Origin: Blautia sp. OF03-15BH
GTDB lineage: Bacteria > Bacillota > Clostridia > Lachnospirales > Lachnospiraceae
Reading direction: 5' to 3'
Assembly (NCBI RefSeq): GCF_003463065.1
Contig: NZ_QSCM01000012.1
Location: forward strand, 3,954 to 67,953
Length of the DNA: 64,000 nt
In this document: positions 39,035 to 48,564 of the stretch, piece by piece
Numbering within the stretch: the first letter of the stretch is position 1
How the letters are laid out: each line of letters starts with the position of its first letter
Translations under genes and position numbers: made by a program
The notes under the pieces: generated by a model
What the model was told of the DNA's origin: nothing
What the model saw: only the letters and a program-made list of their open reading frames with translations
Database searches by the model: none

Positions 39035-39487
39035 TTGCAGTCCAAGCCAAAAATCCTGGTACTGAAAATGCGGGAGCTGATCTATACGGGTATTTTTCTG
39101 TTTCTGGCGATCGTTCTGATCGTTCTTCTGATCCTGATGTTCCGTTCCGAAAAAACGCCCGAAAAGCAGACTCCGATCTCTACGGAACGATACACCGCCG
39201 GTGTCTATTCTTCCCCTGTGACGCTGGGCGATACAGTGGTGGATGTGACGGTGACAGTTGATCCAAACCGCATCAAAGCCATCTCCCTGAACCATCTCAG
39301 TGAAACCACGTCCACCATGTATCCGCTAATCGGTCCGGCTGTGGAAGAGCTGGAAGCCCAGATCCTGGAAAAACAGTCTACCAAAGATATCACCTGGGAA
39401 GCCACCGGAAAATACACGGCCTCTATTCTTCTGCATGCGATTGAAAAAGCACTGGACCGGGCGGAGGGCAGCGTGTTTTCCGAATGA
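39035..39487 (+). CDS. Membrane-anchored small protein, possible FMN-binding-like domain
   Basis: TTG start 7 nt after AAGGAGG; N-terminal TM; weak FMN_bind-like pattern. Confidence 0.35.
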   Translation: MQSKPKILVLKMRELIYTGIFLFLAIVLIVLLILMFRSEKTPEKQTPISTERYTAGVYSSPVTLGDTVVDVTVTVDPNRIKAISLNHLSETTSTMYPLIGPAVEELEAQILEKQSTKDITWEATGKYTASILLHAIEKALDRAEGSVFSE

Positions 39488-39502
39488 ATCTCACCGGAAA
39501 AA

Positions 39503-39547
39503 GAAAAAAGCGTCCCGGCTTTCTGCCAAAACGCTTTTTTCTTTTTC
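39503..39547. terminator. Bidirectional terminator
   Basis: GAAAAAAGCGT...ACGCTTTTTTC 11-bp stem. Confidence 0.55.
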
Positions 39548-40408
39548 TTATCCTTCGTCGTCTTTGGGATTTTCACGGTAAAGCTTATAAAGAGTCTCCA
39601 CAGCAAGATCCAGATGCGTATCTTTCTGTCCGGAGAATTTTCCATCGTCTGCAAGAGAAGCCACAGCCGGATCGATGGGCATTTTTCCAAGAACCGTTGT
39701 ATCCAGGGAAGCAGCGATCTCATCGATATGGCTCTCACCGAAAACAGAAATCTTCTTTCCGCAGTCCGGACAGACAAGATAACTGTAGTTCTCCACGATG
39801 CCAAGTACCGGGATCTTCATGGCTTTTGCCATGTTGAAGGCTTTGGTCACGATCATACGTACCAGATCCTGCGGAGAAGAAACGATCACGATTCCTTCTA
39901 CCGGAAGAGACTGGAATACCGTCAGCGGCACATCACCGGTTCCTGGCGGCATATCGACAAACAGGAAGTCCAGTTCGCCCCAGATCACATCGCTCCAGAA
40001 CTGTTTTACCATATTGGCAATGACCGGACCTCTCCAGATCACCGGATCCTCTTCGTTGGGAACCAGAAGGTTCAGGGACATAACCTTGATCCCATTCTCT
40101 GTGACAACAGGGATGATCCCGTTGTCATCAGCCACTGCAGGTCCGTGAAGACCATACATTTTGGGAATGGAGGGACCTGTGATATCCGCATCCAGGATTC
40201 CCACGCGGAAGCCTTTTTCTGTCATACGGTTTGCTAAGGTGGCCGTTACCATGGATTTACCCACGCCGCCTTTTCCGCTGACCACACCGATGACGTGTCT
40301 TACATTCGAATAAATATTCTGTTCTACCAGAAAGCTGGTCTTCTTGGAGGGACATCCCTCACAGCTTTCCTTTGTGCAGCTCTGATTGCTGCAGCTTTTT
40401 TCTGCCAT
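39548..40408 (-). CDS. Mrp/NBP35 family Fe-S cluster carrier ATPase (ApbC-like)
   Basis: ORF trimmed to ATG 40408 (AGGAGG RBS); GKGGVGKS P-loop; CxxC motif. Confidence 0.85.
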   Translation of the reverse strand: MAEKSCSNQSCTKESCEGCPSKKTSFLVEQNIYSNVRHVIGVVSGKGGVGKSMVTATLANRMTEKGFRVGILDADITGPSIPKMYGLHGPAVADDNGIIPVVTENGIKVMSLNLLVPNEEDPVIWRGPVIANMVKQFWSDVIWGELDFLFVDMPPGTGDVPLTVFQSLPVEGIVIVSSPQDLVRMIVTKAFNMAKAMKIPVLGIVENYSYLVCPDCGKKISVFGESHIDEIAASLDTTVLGKMPIDPAVASLADDGKFSGQKDTHLDLAVETLYKLYRENPKDDEG

Positions 40409-40504
40409 TTTTATATCCTCCTGTGGCACTTTATATTCATAATGCAGAATTGCCTAAGCCGTCTTACAGCAAAGCAATCCATAAGCATCCGTTAGCACAT
40501 GCGC

Positions 40505-41476
40505 TTAGTCTTCTGCATAAGCATCTGCTTCTATACATCTATGGAAAAATCCCAGCACTTTTTGCTCGTATTCTTCTTTGTGGAGATAATAACTCTCCGC
40601 ATGGCCTGCGCCTTTGGTGATCCAGATCTCTTTTTCACCGGCTGCTGCCTGATAGATCTTTCTGCCCATAACCGTAGGCACGAAATCATCCTTTTCTCCG
40701 TGGATCACAAGCACCGGAAGCCGGCTCTCTGCGATACAGTCAGCGGAAGAAAGATCTGAAAAGCCATAGCCTGCACAAGCCCTGCAGAACAGGTTTGTCA
40801 GAAAGATCAGTGGACGGCTCAAAAAGCCTTTTCCGCTCTGTTTCAGCACATGACGGAACTCTTCCTCCGGGGAGGTAAAGCCGCAGTCTTCCACAATCCC
40901 CCGTACGGACATGGGAAGACAGAGATTGGAGGCCATAAGCACCGCGGCCGCCCCCATGGAGATTCCATGGAGAAAGATCTTCTGTTTTCCATGAAAGCGC
41001 TCATCCAGAAAGCGCACCCAACGATAACAGTCTTCTCTGTCCAGAATACCAAAACCAATGTAACGGCCATCACTTTCCCCGTGAGCTCTGTCATCTGCCA
41101 GAAGCACATTGTAACCCGCTTCCAGATAAAAGCGGGCAATGACCGCATATTCCCTCCGCCGGTTGCAACGGTAGCCGTGAACCAGGAATACGGTACTGTC
41201 CGGCTCCCCTTCTCCTTCGAAAAACTCACCTCTTAACGTCAGACCGTCAAACGACTGGATGGAAACCTTTTCGCTTCCTCGCTCGTTCAGCCAGCGGTTG
41301 CTCTCTGTCCAGAGCTTTTTCCTCTCCTCACCGTTCACGGTGTCCGGTGAAACGATCAGATCGGTCGGATCCGGTCTTTTCCTTACGATGATGTTGTGGA
41401 AAACCGCCCCCGCTCCGGTAAGAACTGCTGCTGTCCCGACAAGCAGGATGCCTGCTGCCAGGTTCTTTTTCTTCAT
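40505..41476 (-). CDS. Alpha/beta hydrolase with N-terminal membrane anchor
   Basis: 323 aa; GISMG nucleophile elbow; HG oxyanion motif. Confidence 0.7.
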   Translation of the reverse strand: MKKKNLAAGILLVGTAAVLTGAGAVFHNIIVRKRPDPTDLIVSPDTVNGEERKKLWTESNRWLNERGSEKVSIQSFDGLTLRGEFFEGEGEPDSTVFLVHGYRCNRRREYAVIARFYLEAGYNVLLADDRAHGESDGRYIGFGILDREDCYRWVRFLDERFHGKQKIFLHGISMGAAAVLMASNLCLPMSVRGIVEDCGFTSPEEEFRHVLKQSGKGFLSRPLIFLTNLFCRACAGYGFSDLSSADCIAESRLPVLVIHGEKDDFVPTVMGRKIYQAAAGEKEIWITKGAGHAESYYLHKEEYEQKVLGFFHRCIEADAYAED

Positions 41477-41496
41477 AGGATCACCTCACTCTTTCT

Positions 41497-41724
41497 TCAT
41501 ATCTCTGTAAACGTATAACGCTGATGAAGGCCGCTGACCATCAGATCAAATACGACAGAACCGTCCTTCGCCACCGTCTTTTCATACGTCATTTCCTGTC
41601 CGGCAAATTTTTTCTTCACAAATGCATCCAGATCATCCGTCTCGATCTCTTCAAAGAAGGTATCTCTGTCCCTGTTAAGCGGACACTGGTTGATGATCTC
41701 CAAGATTGCCTCATATTCTTTCAT
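41497..41724 (-). CDS. Small hypothetical protein downstream of coaBC
   Basis: Start ATG 41724 with GGAGGTG RBS that contains the coaBC stop codon. Confidence 0.4.
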   Translation of the reverse strand: MKEYEAILEIINQCPLNRDRDTFFEEIETDDLDAFVKKKFAGQEMTYEKTVAKDGSVVFDLMVSGLHQRYTFTEI

Positions 41725-41729
41725 AGCCG

Positions 41730-42923
41730 TCACCTCCGGAGCTTCAGAATTTCATCCAGAATCCTTCCTGCCGCCTCTTCTTTGGACATCAGTTCCAGTG
41801 AGATTTCCTCCTCCGGTGTGATCATCGTGATCACATTGGTATCTGTACCAAAGCCGGCGCCAGCCTGTTTGAGATTGTTTGCTACGATCAGGTCCAGATT
41901 TTTCTTTTTGAGCTTGGCCCTGGAATTTTCCAGCATGTGTTCCGTCTCCATGGAAAAGCCACAGAGGAACTGGCCTTCTTTTTTATGTTCACCCAGATAT
42001 TTCAGGATGTCATCTGTTTTCTCCAGTTCCAGTGTCAGATGGTCGCCGCCTTTTTTCACCTTCTCATCGCTGACCGTCTGGGGGCGGTAATCTGCTACGG
42101 CTGCCGCCTTGATGATGATATCCTGCTCTGCCGCACGGCCGGTCACTTCCTCAAACATCTCTCTGGCACTCTCAATGGGTACTACCGTTACAAACCGCGG
42201 TTTCTCGATGCTGGTCTGACCGGTCACCAGAGTGACTTCTGCTCCCCGAAGCATACAGTTTCTGGCTACTGCATAACCCATTTTTCCAGTGGAATGATTG
42301 GTGATGTAACGCACCGGATCCATCGCTTCCATTGTGGGACCTGCCGTCACCAGAACCTTGAGACCTTTCATATCTTTTTCAAAAGCGATCTCTTTTAAAA
42401 TATAATCCAGAAGCACTTCTTCTTTCGGAAGCTTTCCTGCGCCCTCATCCCGACAGGCCAGAAAGCCCACCGCCGGCTGGATCACCTGATAATCATTCAG
42501 TGTAAGCTTTTTCAGGTTGTCCTGAACGATGGAATTTTCAAACATCCGGGTATTCATAGCCGGTGCAATCAGCTTCGGACAGGTGCAGGCAAGCGCTGTG
42601 GTCGTCAGCATATCATCGGCGATACCGCCGGCAAGCTTTCCGATCACATTTGCAGTCGCCGGTGCGATCATCATGACATCGGCTTTTTTCGCCAGAGCCA
42701 CATGCTCCACACTGTACTGAAAATTCCGGTCAAAGGTATCCACCAGACATTTATTGTTGGTCAGAGTTTCAAACGTAATGGGATGGATAAAGTTTGTGGC
42801 ATTTTTCGTCATGATCACATGGACATCGGCATGAAGTTTTACCAGCATGCTTGCCAGATTAGCTGCCTTATAAGCCGCAATACTTCCTGTCACACCCAGA
42901 ACTACGGTTTTTCCTTTCAGCAT
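41730..42923 (-). CDS. coaBC: Bifunctional phosphopantothenoylcysteine decarboxylase / phosphopantothenate-cysteine ligase
   Basis: 397 aa; flavoprotein N-domain + CoaB C-domain. Confidence 0.9.
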   Translation of the reverse strand: MLKGKTVVLGVTGSIAAYKAANLASMLVKLHADVHVIMTKNATNFIHPITFETLTNNKCLVDTFDRNFQYSVEHVALAKKADVMMIAPATANVIGKLAGGIADDMLTTTALACTCPKLIAPAMNTRMFENSIVQDNLKKLTLNDYQVIQPAVGFLACRDEGAGKLPKEEVLLDYILKEIAFEKDMKGLKVLVTAGPTMEAMDPVRYITNHSTGKMGYAVARNCMLRGAEVTLVTGQTSIEKPRFVTVVPIESAREMFEEVTGRAAEQDIIIKAAAVADYRPQTVSDEKVKKGGDHLTLELEKTDDILKYLGEHKKEGQFLCGFSMETEHMLENSRAKLKKKNLDLIVANNLKQAGAGFGTDTNVITMITPEEEISLELMSKEEAAGRILDEILKLRR

Positions 42924-43197
42924 GTCGTCCTCCTTTTATAAACGGTTCCCTGTAACGGGATTGCTTTCTCTTGGATCTCGCTGTGTTCCCAGGGGCTGTG
43001 TCCGCATTGATACTGCTGCAAACGGGCATAGTTCTCCCTGCACGATATCCATAGTATAACATACCTCTCGAAATATGACATGTTTTTTTCAAAGTGCTTT
43101 CTATTTTCCTTCTTGCGAAGCTCTTTTTCCTGTGCTATACTTTCCCGGTAATTGTATTGTATCCCATAAGGGAATAATAACAAGGAGAAAATTGAAT

Positions 43198-43827
43198 ATG
43201 AAAACACAGACAAAAACAACGCAACTGACAATCCTCGGTCTTATGACTGCAGTGCTGCTTCTGATGGCGTACACGCCTCTGGGATATCTGAACATCGGTC
43301 CCCTGGCGATCACCTTCAATGTCATCCCGGTAGCGATCTGTGCCATCACGCTTGGTCCTGCAGGCGGAGCTGCGGCAGGTGCCGTTTTCGGCCTTACCAG
43401 CTTCCTTCAGTGTATCGGCGTAGGCGGAACCAGTGCCATGGGTGCGGTTCTCTTTGAGATCAATCCGGTTCTCGCTTTCATCCAGCGCTTCATTCCCCGT
43501 CTGCTCGATGGTCTGCTTCTGGGCTATATCTTCCGTGCAGTACGGAAAGCCGGCAATGTTTACGCAGCCTGCCTGGTGACCGGTTTTTGTTCCGCATTTC
43601 TGAACACCGCATTCTTCATGGGTGCTCTGGTTGTACTTTTTGGCAATACAGAATATGTTCAGGGACTGATGGGTGGAAAAAATGTGATTGTCTTCATCTG
43701 CACGTTCGTCGGAATCAATGCCGTATGCGAAATGATCTCTTCCACCATCCTCACCGGTGCGATCGGAGCTGCTCTTTCCAAGGCAAGACTGATTCCCGCA
43801 CCGCAGGATAAAAAAGCGTCAGTATAA
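43198..43827 (+). CDS. ECF transporter S component (pantothenate PanT-like by context)
   Basis: Start ATG 43198 (AAGGAG RBS); 209 aa polytopic; sits between coaBC and coaX. Confidence 0.55.
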   Translation: MKTQTKTTQLTILGLMTAVLLLMAYTPLGYLNIGPLAITFNVIPVAICAITLGPAGGAAAGAVFGLTSFLQCIGVGGTSAMGAVLFEINPVLAFIQRFIPRLLDGLLLGYIFRAVRKAGNVYAACLVTGFCSAFLNTAFFMGALVVLFGNTEYVQGLMGGKNVIVFICTFVGINAVCEMISSTILTGAIGAALSKARLIPAPQDKKASV

Positions 43828-43843
43828 TCAATAGAGGGGTCTT

Positions 43844-44620
43844 ATGATTTTAGCGATCGATATCGGAAACACAAACATCGTCATCGGCTGTATCAAAGAT
43901 GACAAAATTCTTTTTACGGAAAGAATGTCCACGGATTCCAACAAAACAGTTCTGGAATATGCCATCGGTTTTAAGACCGTTCTGGAGCTCTATCACATCC
44001 ATACAGAAGATCTGACAGGCTCCATTATTTCTTCTGTTGTGCCTCCTGTGACCAACACGGTCCGGAAGGCGCTTCATAAGATCACCCACCACCAGGCTAT
44101 GGTTGTGGGACCGGGCATCCGCACCGGCCTGAATATTCTTACGGATAACCCGGCAGTCACCGGTTCCGACCTGATCGTCGGTGCCGTGGCCGCCATCCAT
44201 GAATATCCGGTTCCGCTGATCATCTTTGATTTCGGCACCGCCACGACGGCTTCCGTTGTGGACCGTAAGAAAAATTACATCGGCGGTATGATCATTCCCG
44301 GTATCCGCGTTTCTCTGGACGGCCTGGCAAGCCATGCCTCCCAGTTAAGCCGCATCAGCCTGGATGCGCCGAAAAAGATCATCGGCACAAACACGGCCGA
44401 CTGCATGAAGAGTGGTCTTCTTTACGGAAATGCCGCCATGCTGGACGGTATCGTAGATCGCATGGAGGAAGAGCTTGGCGAACCGGCTACGGTACTTGCG
44501 ACCGGCGGTCTTGCCAGTCTCATCGTTCCCCTTTGCAAAAAGAACATCATCCTCGATGATGATCTGCTTCTTCGGGGACTGAACCTGATCTATAAGAAGA
44601 ATCAGGAACATAATCATTGA
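43844..44620 (+). CDS. coaX: Type III pantothenate kinase
   Basis: 258 aa; MILAIDIGNTN N-terminus. Confidence 0.9.
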   Translation: MILAIDIGNTNIVIGCIKDDKILFTERMSTDSNKTVLEYAIGFKTVLELYHIHTEDLTGSIISSVVPPVTNTVRKALHKITHHQAMVVGPGIRTGLNILTDNPAVTGSDLIVGAVAAIHEYPVPLIIFDFGTATTASVVDRKKNYIGGMIIPGIRVSLDGLASHASQLSRISLDAPKKIIGTNTADCMKSGLLYGNAAMLDGIVDRMEEELGEPATVLATGGLASLIVPLCKKNIILDDDLLLRGLNLIYKKNQEHNH

Positions 44621-44629
44621 ATGTAAAAC

Positions 44630-44675
44630 AAAGCGCCGCAGAATGGATCTGATCTCCGTTCTGCGGCTCTTTTGG
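44630..44675. repeat. Terminator hairpin copy 1 (coaX terminator); 33-bp core identical to the copy at 45294
   Basis: AAAGCGCCGCAGAA-TGGATCTGATCTCCG-TTCTGCGGCTCTTTT. Confidence 0.8.
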
Positions 44676-44812
44676 TATTGGAAAATGAAACAGGCGGGGT
44701 GACACTCCCGCATCTCCTAACAATGGGCGACGGCTGCCCGTTCCGTCCTCAGATTTCATTCCATATACTTTATGCTATTTGCAGTTTCATTATACAAAAA
44801 TCATGGAAAATG

Positions 44813-45190
44813 TCAAGGTTCTACTCTTTTCAATGTCCCCTTCTTGATAAAATTATGAACCCTGTTATGATTTAAAACATATAAGGATCGTGCATAGTAT
44901 TTTCCACTCGAAGCTACTCTTACAGCTACTTTCACGTATTCACTGTCAATCTTAAACTCTTTTACATATTCTATCGAGTCATCTGCCGGATTCCTTCCAA
45001 TGTAATCTGGAAGCCTGATAATCTCCGGTATACAAGAACCATATTTCTGATAATCCTCCCAGTGTCTCGCCTTCATATGTGCAATATTGCTTTGACCCAA
45101 ATAAATCTTTTCATCTCCAGGAATCGTACATCCCAGAAGTCTCTGTATTTTATCTGATATAATTCCCACAACATCCGCTATATAAATCAC
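44813..45190 (-). CDS. PBECR4-like predicted nuclease/toxin domain protein (standalone, 125 aa)
   Basis: Motifs HMKARH...IPEII..PDYI...VKVAVRV...KKGTLK match the phage-Barnase/EndoU/ColE5/RelE-like nuclease 4 family pattern; GTG start at 45190; own TTGATT-N17-TATGAT promoter; AT-richer than flanks. Confidence 0.55.
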   Translation of the reverse strand: MIYIADVVGIISDKIQRLLGCTIPGDEKIYLGQSNIAHMKARHWEDYQKYGSCIPEIIRLPDYIGRNPADDSIEYVKEFKIDSEYVKVAVRVASSGKYYARSLYVLNHNRVHNFIKKGTLKRVEP

Positions 45191-45288
45191 CTTCTGGAAT
45201 TTATCATAACATCAAATGCACTTTTAATCAAGTCTTTTATCTTGTTTTACTTTGCATTTATCTTATGAGCAAAGCGGACACTATTTAA

Positions 45289-45334
45289 AAAGAGCCGCAG
45301 AATGGATCTGATCTCCGTTCTGCGGCGCTTTTTC
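45289..45334. repeat. Terminator hairpin copy 2 (terminator for nahK on minus strand)
   Basis: AAAGAGCCGCAGAA-TGGATCTGATCTCCG-TTCTGCGGCGCTTTTT; 42/44 identical to copy 1. Confidence 0.8.
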
Positions 45335-45343
45335 TACCTTTTC

Positions 45344-46450
45344 TCAGCGGTATTTATTTACGATCTCTTTCATCTTCGGAAGCTTCTCTTCCATATCTTT
45401 TACCAGTTTGAACTGTGTGTGGGCACGGTCCAGATTCTGGTTGTCCCGTGTGGTCTTGAAATAATGGTCACCTTCCAGATAATCGGTGAGGAAACGCATA
45501 CCGCACTCAAAGGTCATCATCATGGCTCCGGTGGGCAGATTGTCCAGTTCGATATCGGTCAGTGCTCCGCCGCAGCCTTCAATAAAGCCTTTGACATAGA
45601 GCTCATAGAGGTCCAGATCGCACCAGATTTTGGAAAGATCCGGCTCGTCCTCGGCTCCTGTGCTGGCACCGAAACGGATGGAATCACCAAAATCATTCAC
45701 TGCCAGTCCCGGCATGACTGTGTCCAGGTCAATGACACAGATGCCTTTTCCGGTGGCATTGTCAATGAGGATGTTGTTGAGTTTGGTATCATTGTGGGTA
45801 ACACGGGTCGGGATCTTCCCGGCTGCCTCCAGGTCACAGAGGGTGTGAGCGAAAGCCTCATGATCCAGAACAAACTGGATCTCCTCTTTTACAGAAGCAG
45901 CTCTTCCGCAAGTATCGGCTGCCACAGCCTTCTGAAAGGTTTCAAAACGCTTTGCCGTGTTATGAAAATCCGGAATGGTCTCATGAAGGGATTTTGCCGG
46001 AAAATCTGCCAGCATACGCTGGAAATGACCGAAGGAAACAGCACTCTCGTAAAAGTCAGAAGGCTTCTCCACCTGATCGTAGCTGGTGGTTCCCTCTACG
46101 AAAAGATAGATCCTCCAATACTGTCCTTCGCTGTCCAGATAATAAGGCTTTCCATCTCTGGAACACACGACTGTCAGAGTCTCCCTTTCCGGATCACCGC
46201 CGTTTTCTTCGCTTTTCTTTTTGATCCACTCCGTTACATGAACAATGTTTTCCATCAGTTCCACGGGTTTTTCAAAAATATTCTTATTCATTCTCTGAAG
46301 GATATAACGACGCTGTCTTTTTTCTGTCTCATAAGTCACGCGGAAGGTATCATTGATATGACCGCTTCCATAGGGCGCCAGTTCCTTCAGCTGTCCTTCC
46401 GGCAACGCAAAAGCTGCCAGAACTTCTGCTGTGATCTGCTCCTTATTCAC
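45344..46450 (-). CDS. nahK: N-acetylhexosamine 1-kinase (NahK/LnpB-like anomeric kinase, APH fold)
   Basis: YILQRMN..IF, RVTHNDTKLNNIL, DFGDSIRFGAST, ECGMRFLTDYLEGD motifs closely parallel recalled B. longum NahK; GTG start at 46450 directly after the upstream stop (TAAGGTG) with GGGAGGAAG RBS. Confidence 0.75.
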   Translation of the reverse strand: MNKEQITAEVLAAFALPEGQLKELAPYGSGHINDTFRVTYETEKRQRRYILQRMNKNIFEKPVELMENIVHVTEWIKKKSEENGGDPERETLTVVCSRDGKPYYLDSEGQYWRIYLFVEGTTSYDQVEKPSDFYESAVSFGHFQRMLADFPAKSLHETIPDFHNTAKRFETFQKAVAADTCGRAASVKEEIQFVLDHEAFAHTLCDLEAAGKIPTRVTHNDTKLNNILIDNATGKGICVIDLDTVMPGLAVNDFGDSIRFGASTGAEDEPDLSKIWCDLDLYELYVKGFIEGCGGALTDIELDNLPTGAMMMTFECGMRFLTDYLEGDHYFKTTRDNQNLDRAHTQFKLVKDMEEKLPKMKEIVNKYR

Positions 46451-46451
46451 C

Positions 46452-47381
46452 TTATGCTTCCTCCCAAAGTTTCTGAGGATATCTTCCCTCATCCTTTAAT
46501 TTCTGAATCGCTGCCACAACCACCGGCTTGTCTTCCTTATAAGTAACGCCGTACCATTTATCTTCGGATTTCAGTACCTCTACCGTAGCTTTCTCCTCTG
46601 CCAGAAGCTCTCCTACCACACTGGGAAGGAAAAATTCACATTTCAAAGGATTCTTCGGAAGGTTTTCCTCCAGGAATTTCGGGAAACGGCTGCCGATCTC
46701 TTTCATGATGCTGTTGGTAAAGCCCCACATATTCATAGACACAATGCTGCCTTCCGGAATGGTGGTCCAGGTAGCTCCGTCATCCTCGGTATAAGCAGTC
46801 ACATCGCCTCTTTTTTCGATATGGGTACGCTCGCAGATGCCTACCAGCTGATGGTTCTCATCGGTGGTGCAGACACCTCTTGCCACATGACCGTTCTCTG
46901 TCAGGGTATTCTCCAGAATATAGCCTACCATGGTGTAACGGTATTTGTCGTCATCCTCATGGGTGGAAAGATAGTCGTAGATTTCCTGGAATGCATGAGG
47001 TCCGTAATAGTCATCTGCATTGATCACGGCAAAGGGACCATCGATCTTATCCCGGCAGCTTAAAATCGCATGCGCGGTTCCAAATGGTTTTACACGACCT
47101 TCTGGAACGGTAAAGCCTTCCGGCAGATCCTCCAGCTCCTGGAACGCATATTCCACGTTCATGATCTTTGCCATACGCTCGCCAATGGACTCTTTGAAAT
47201 CCTTCTCATTTGCTTTCTTGATGATAAAGATTACTTTCTCAAAGCCGGCTCTTTTCGCATCATAAATGGAAAAATCCATAATGATATGACCCTCTTTATC
47301 CACCGGATCGATCTGTTTGAGACCGCCGTAACGGCTTCCCATTCCAGCTGCCATGATTACCAGTACAGGTTTCTTACTCAT
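46452..47381 (-). CDS. Sugar-1-phosphate nucleotidyltransferase (putative UDP-N-acetylhexosamine pyrophosphorylase; GlmU-N/MurU-like)
   Basis: 309 aa; MAAGMGSRYG, FGTAHAI and VINADDYYG motifs resembling GlmU NTase-domain motifs. Confidence 0.65.
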   Translation of the reverse strand: MSKKPVLVIMAAGMGSRYGGLKQIDPVDKEGHIIMDFSIYDAKRAGFEKVIFIIKKANEKDFKESIGERMAKIMNVEYAFQELEDLPEGFTVPEGRVKPFGTAHAILSCRDKIDGPFAVINADDYYGPHAFQEIYDYLSTHEDDDKYRYTMVGYILENTLTENGHVARGVCTTDENHQLVGICERTHIEKRGDVTAYTEDDGATWTTIPEGSIVSMNMWGFTNSIMKEIGSRFPKFLEENLPKNPLKCEFFLPSVVGELLAEEKATVEVLKSEDKWYGVTYKEDKPVVVAAIQKLKDEGRYPQKLWEEA

Positions 47382-47409
47382 CTTTATCCTCTTCTTTCTA
47401 TATTTTTTT

Positions 47410-47553
47410 GTAACTGTTCAGAACCACCTCCAAAATGCTGCGCATTTCGTCGGTGTGGCGTATCCGCCAAATAGATTTCCACGTAAAAGTGTTCATTCAT
47501 GCAAGCATGATTCACACTTTTGCATGAAAATCTGCTTGGCTCTGAACAGTTAC
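47410..47553. mobile_element. MITE copy A (144 bp, 16-bp TIRs GTAACTGTTCAGARCC, 8-bp TSD ATTTTTTT)
   Basis: Near-identical inverted copy at 53943..54086; non-coding; embedded A-run/hairpin/T-run; provides the last 13 codons and stop of the araC-type gene. Confidence 0.75.
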
Positions 47554-48438
47554 ATTTTTTTGAGATTCCGAGCGGGCCATGATGGATGCCGTATACTCGG
47601 AAGGTGTCATTCCCGTAATTTTCTTGAACTGACGGGAAAAATAATGAATGGAGGAATAGCCCAGGAACTCGGAAATCTGGGTGAAATTCTGATTTTTCTC
47701 CCGGATCAGTTCCTTGGCATATTCCACTTTCATCTTGGTGAAAAAGTCGATCACTCCGCAGTTATGCTGCTCCCGGAAAATCTTCTGCAGCTGGGAACGC
47801 CCGATCAGGTTTTCCCGGCAGATATCTTCGATGGTCACATAACCGCAGATATGTGCTTTCAGGTAATCCATGATCTGGATATAAGCTGCGGATCCGCCTC
47901 CGCCCGGAGCCCAGATCTCTTCCGCCGGTTTTACCGGATTGGGAAGGTTTCTCCGTATCATACTGAGGAGCAGAAGCTCCAGATACAGCCGGATCAGCTG
48001 CTCTGAGCCAAAGGGAGCAGCTTTCTTTTTCTCCATCTTTTTCAGATAGGGATCATCCAGAGGAGATTCGATACAGCGCCGTGCTTCCGAGATCATCTGA
48101 CCTAAAAGTCCTCTTTCGTACTCGCTGACTTCCAGGATACGACCTTCGAAAAACTTCATTGCCTGAGAGGAGCAGGCAAAGGAAACCACCACCACATTGG
48201 GGGCACAGGTTCCTGTTGCCGCCAGGTTGTGAAATTCATTAGGCTTATGGAAGATCACCTGGCCTGCCTTCAGCACATGATCCAGAACCTTGATCTCTCC
48301 CTTGTCCACACACTGGAGTTCCCAGAAATCATGGGTTTCTCCCGGAAACTCAAAGTTTTTCATATATTCAAAATAGTGTATCGTATAAATTTTTCTGACT
48401 GTGATCTCGTCTTTCAGAACGATGCTTTCGTATTCCAT
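47512..48438 (-). CDS. AraC family transcriptional regulator (cupin + HTH) with MITE-derived C-terminus
   Basis: 308 aa; C-terminal AraC HTH; TTGACA-N18-TATGAT promoter upstream; last 13 aa (VTVQSQADFHAKV) encoded by MITE copy A. Confidence 0.8.
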   Translation of the reverse strand: MEYESIVLKDEITVRKIYTIHYFEYMKNFEFPGETHDFWELQCVDKGEIKVLDHVLKAGQVIFHKPNEFHNLAATGTCAPNVVVVSFACSSQAMKFFEGRILEVSEYERGLLGQMISEARRCIESPLDDPYLKKMEKKKAAPFGSEQLIRLYLELLLLSMIRRNLPNPVKPAEEIWAPGGGGSAAYIQIMDYLKAHICGYVTIEDICRENLIGRSQLQKIFREQHNCGVIDFFTKMKVEYAKELIREKNQNFTQISEFLGYSSIHYFSRQFKKITGMTPSEYTASIMARSESQKNVTVQSQADFHAKV

Positions 48439-48564
48439 ATCTTCATGCCTGCCTTTACTTTCTTAGAACGGTATTCTTCGTCTTCTCCACTTATCATACC
48501 TGTTTTTTTTTCGGTCTGTCAAGTGGGGATTCCTTTCCGCCGTCCGGTCAGACAAAAGAAAGCA

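Noticed and set aside
44672-44875. 67-aa plus-strand ORF starting in hairpin copy 1 (candidate immunity gene for the PBECR-like protein)
   Set aside because: Begins inside the terminator stem, has no RBS, and runs antisense into the toxin gene 3-prime end; not credible as an antitoxin.
47410-47553. IS6-family origin of the MITE (8-bp TSD, ACTGTT core in TIR)
   Set aside because: Only about 8/15 TIR positions match IS26/IS257-type ends; kept as weak speculation, not a call.
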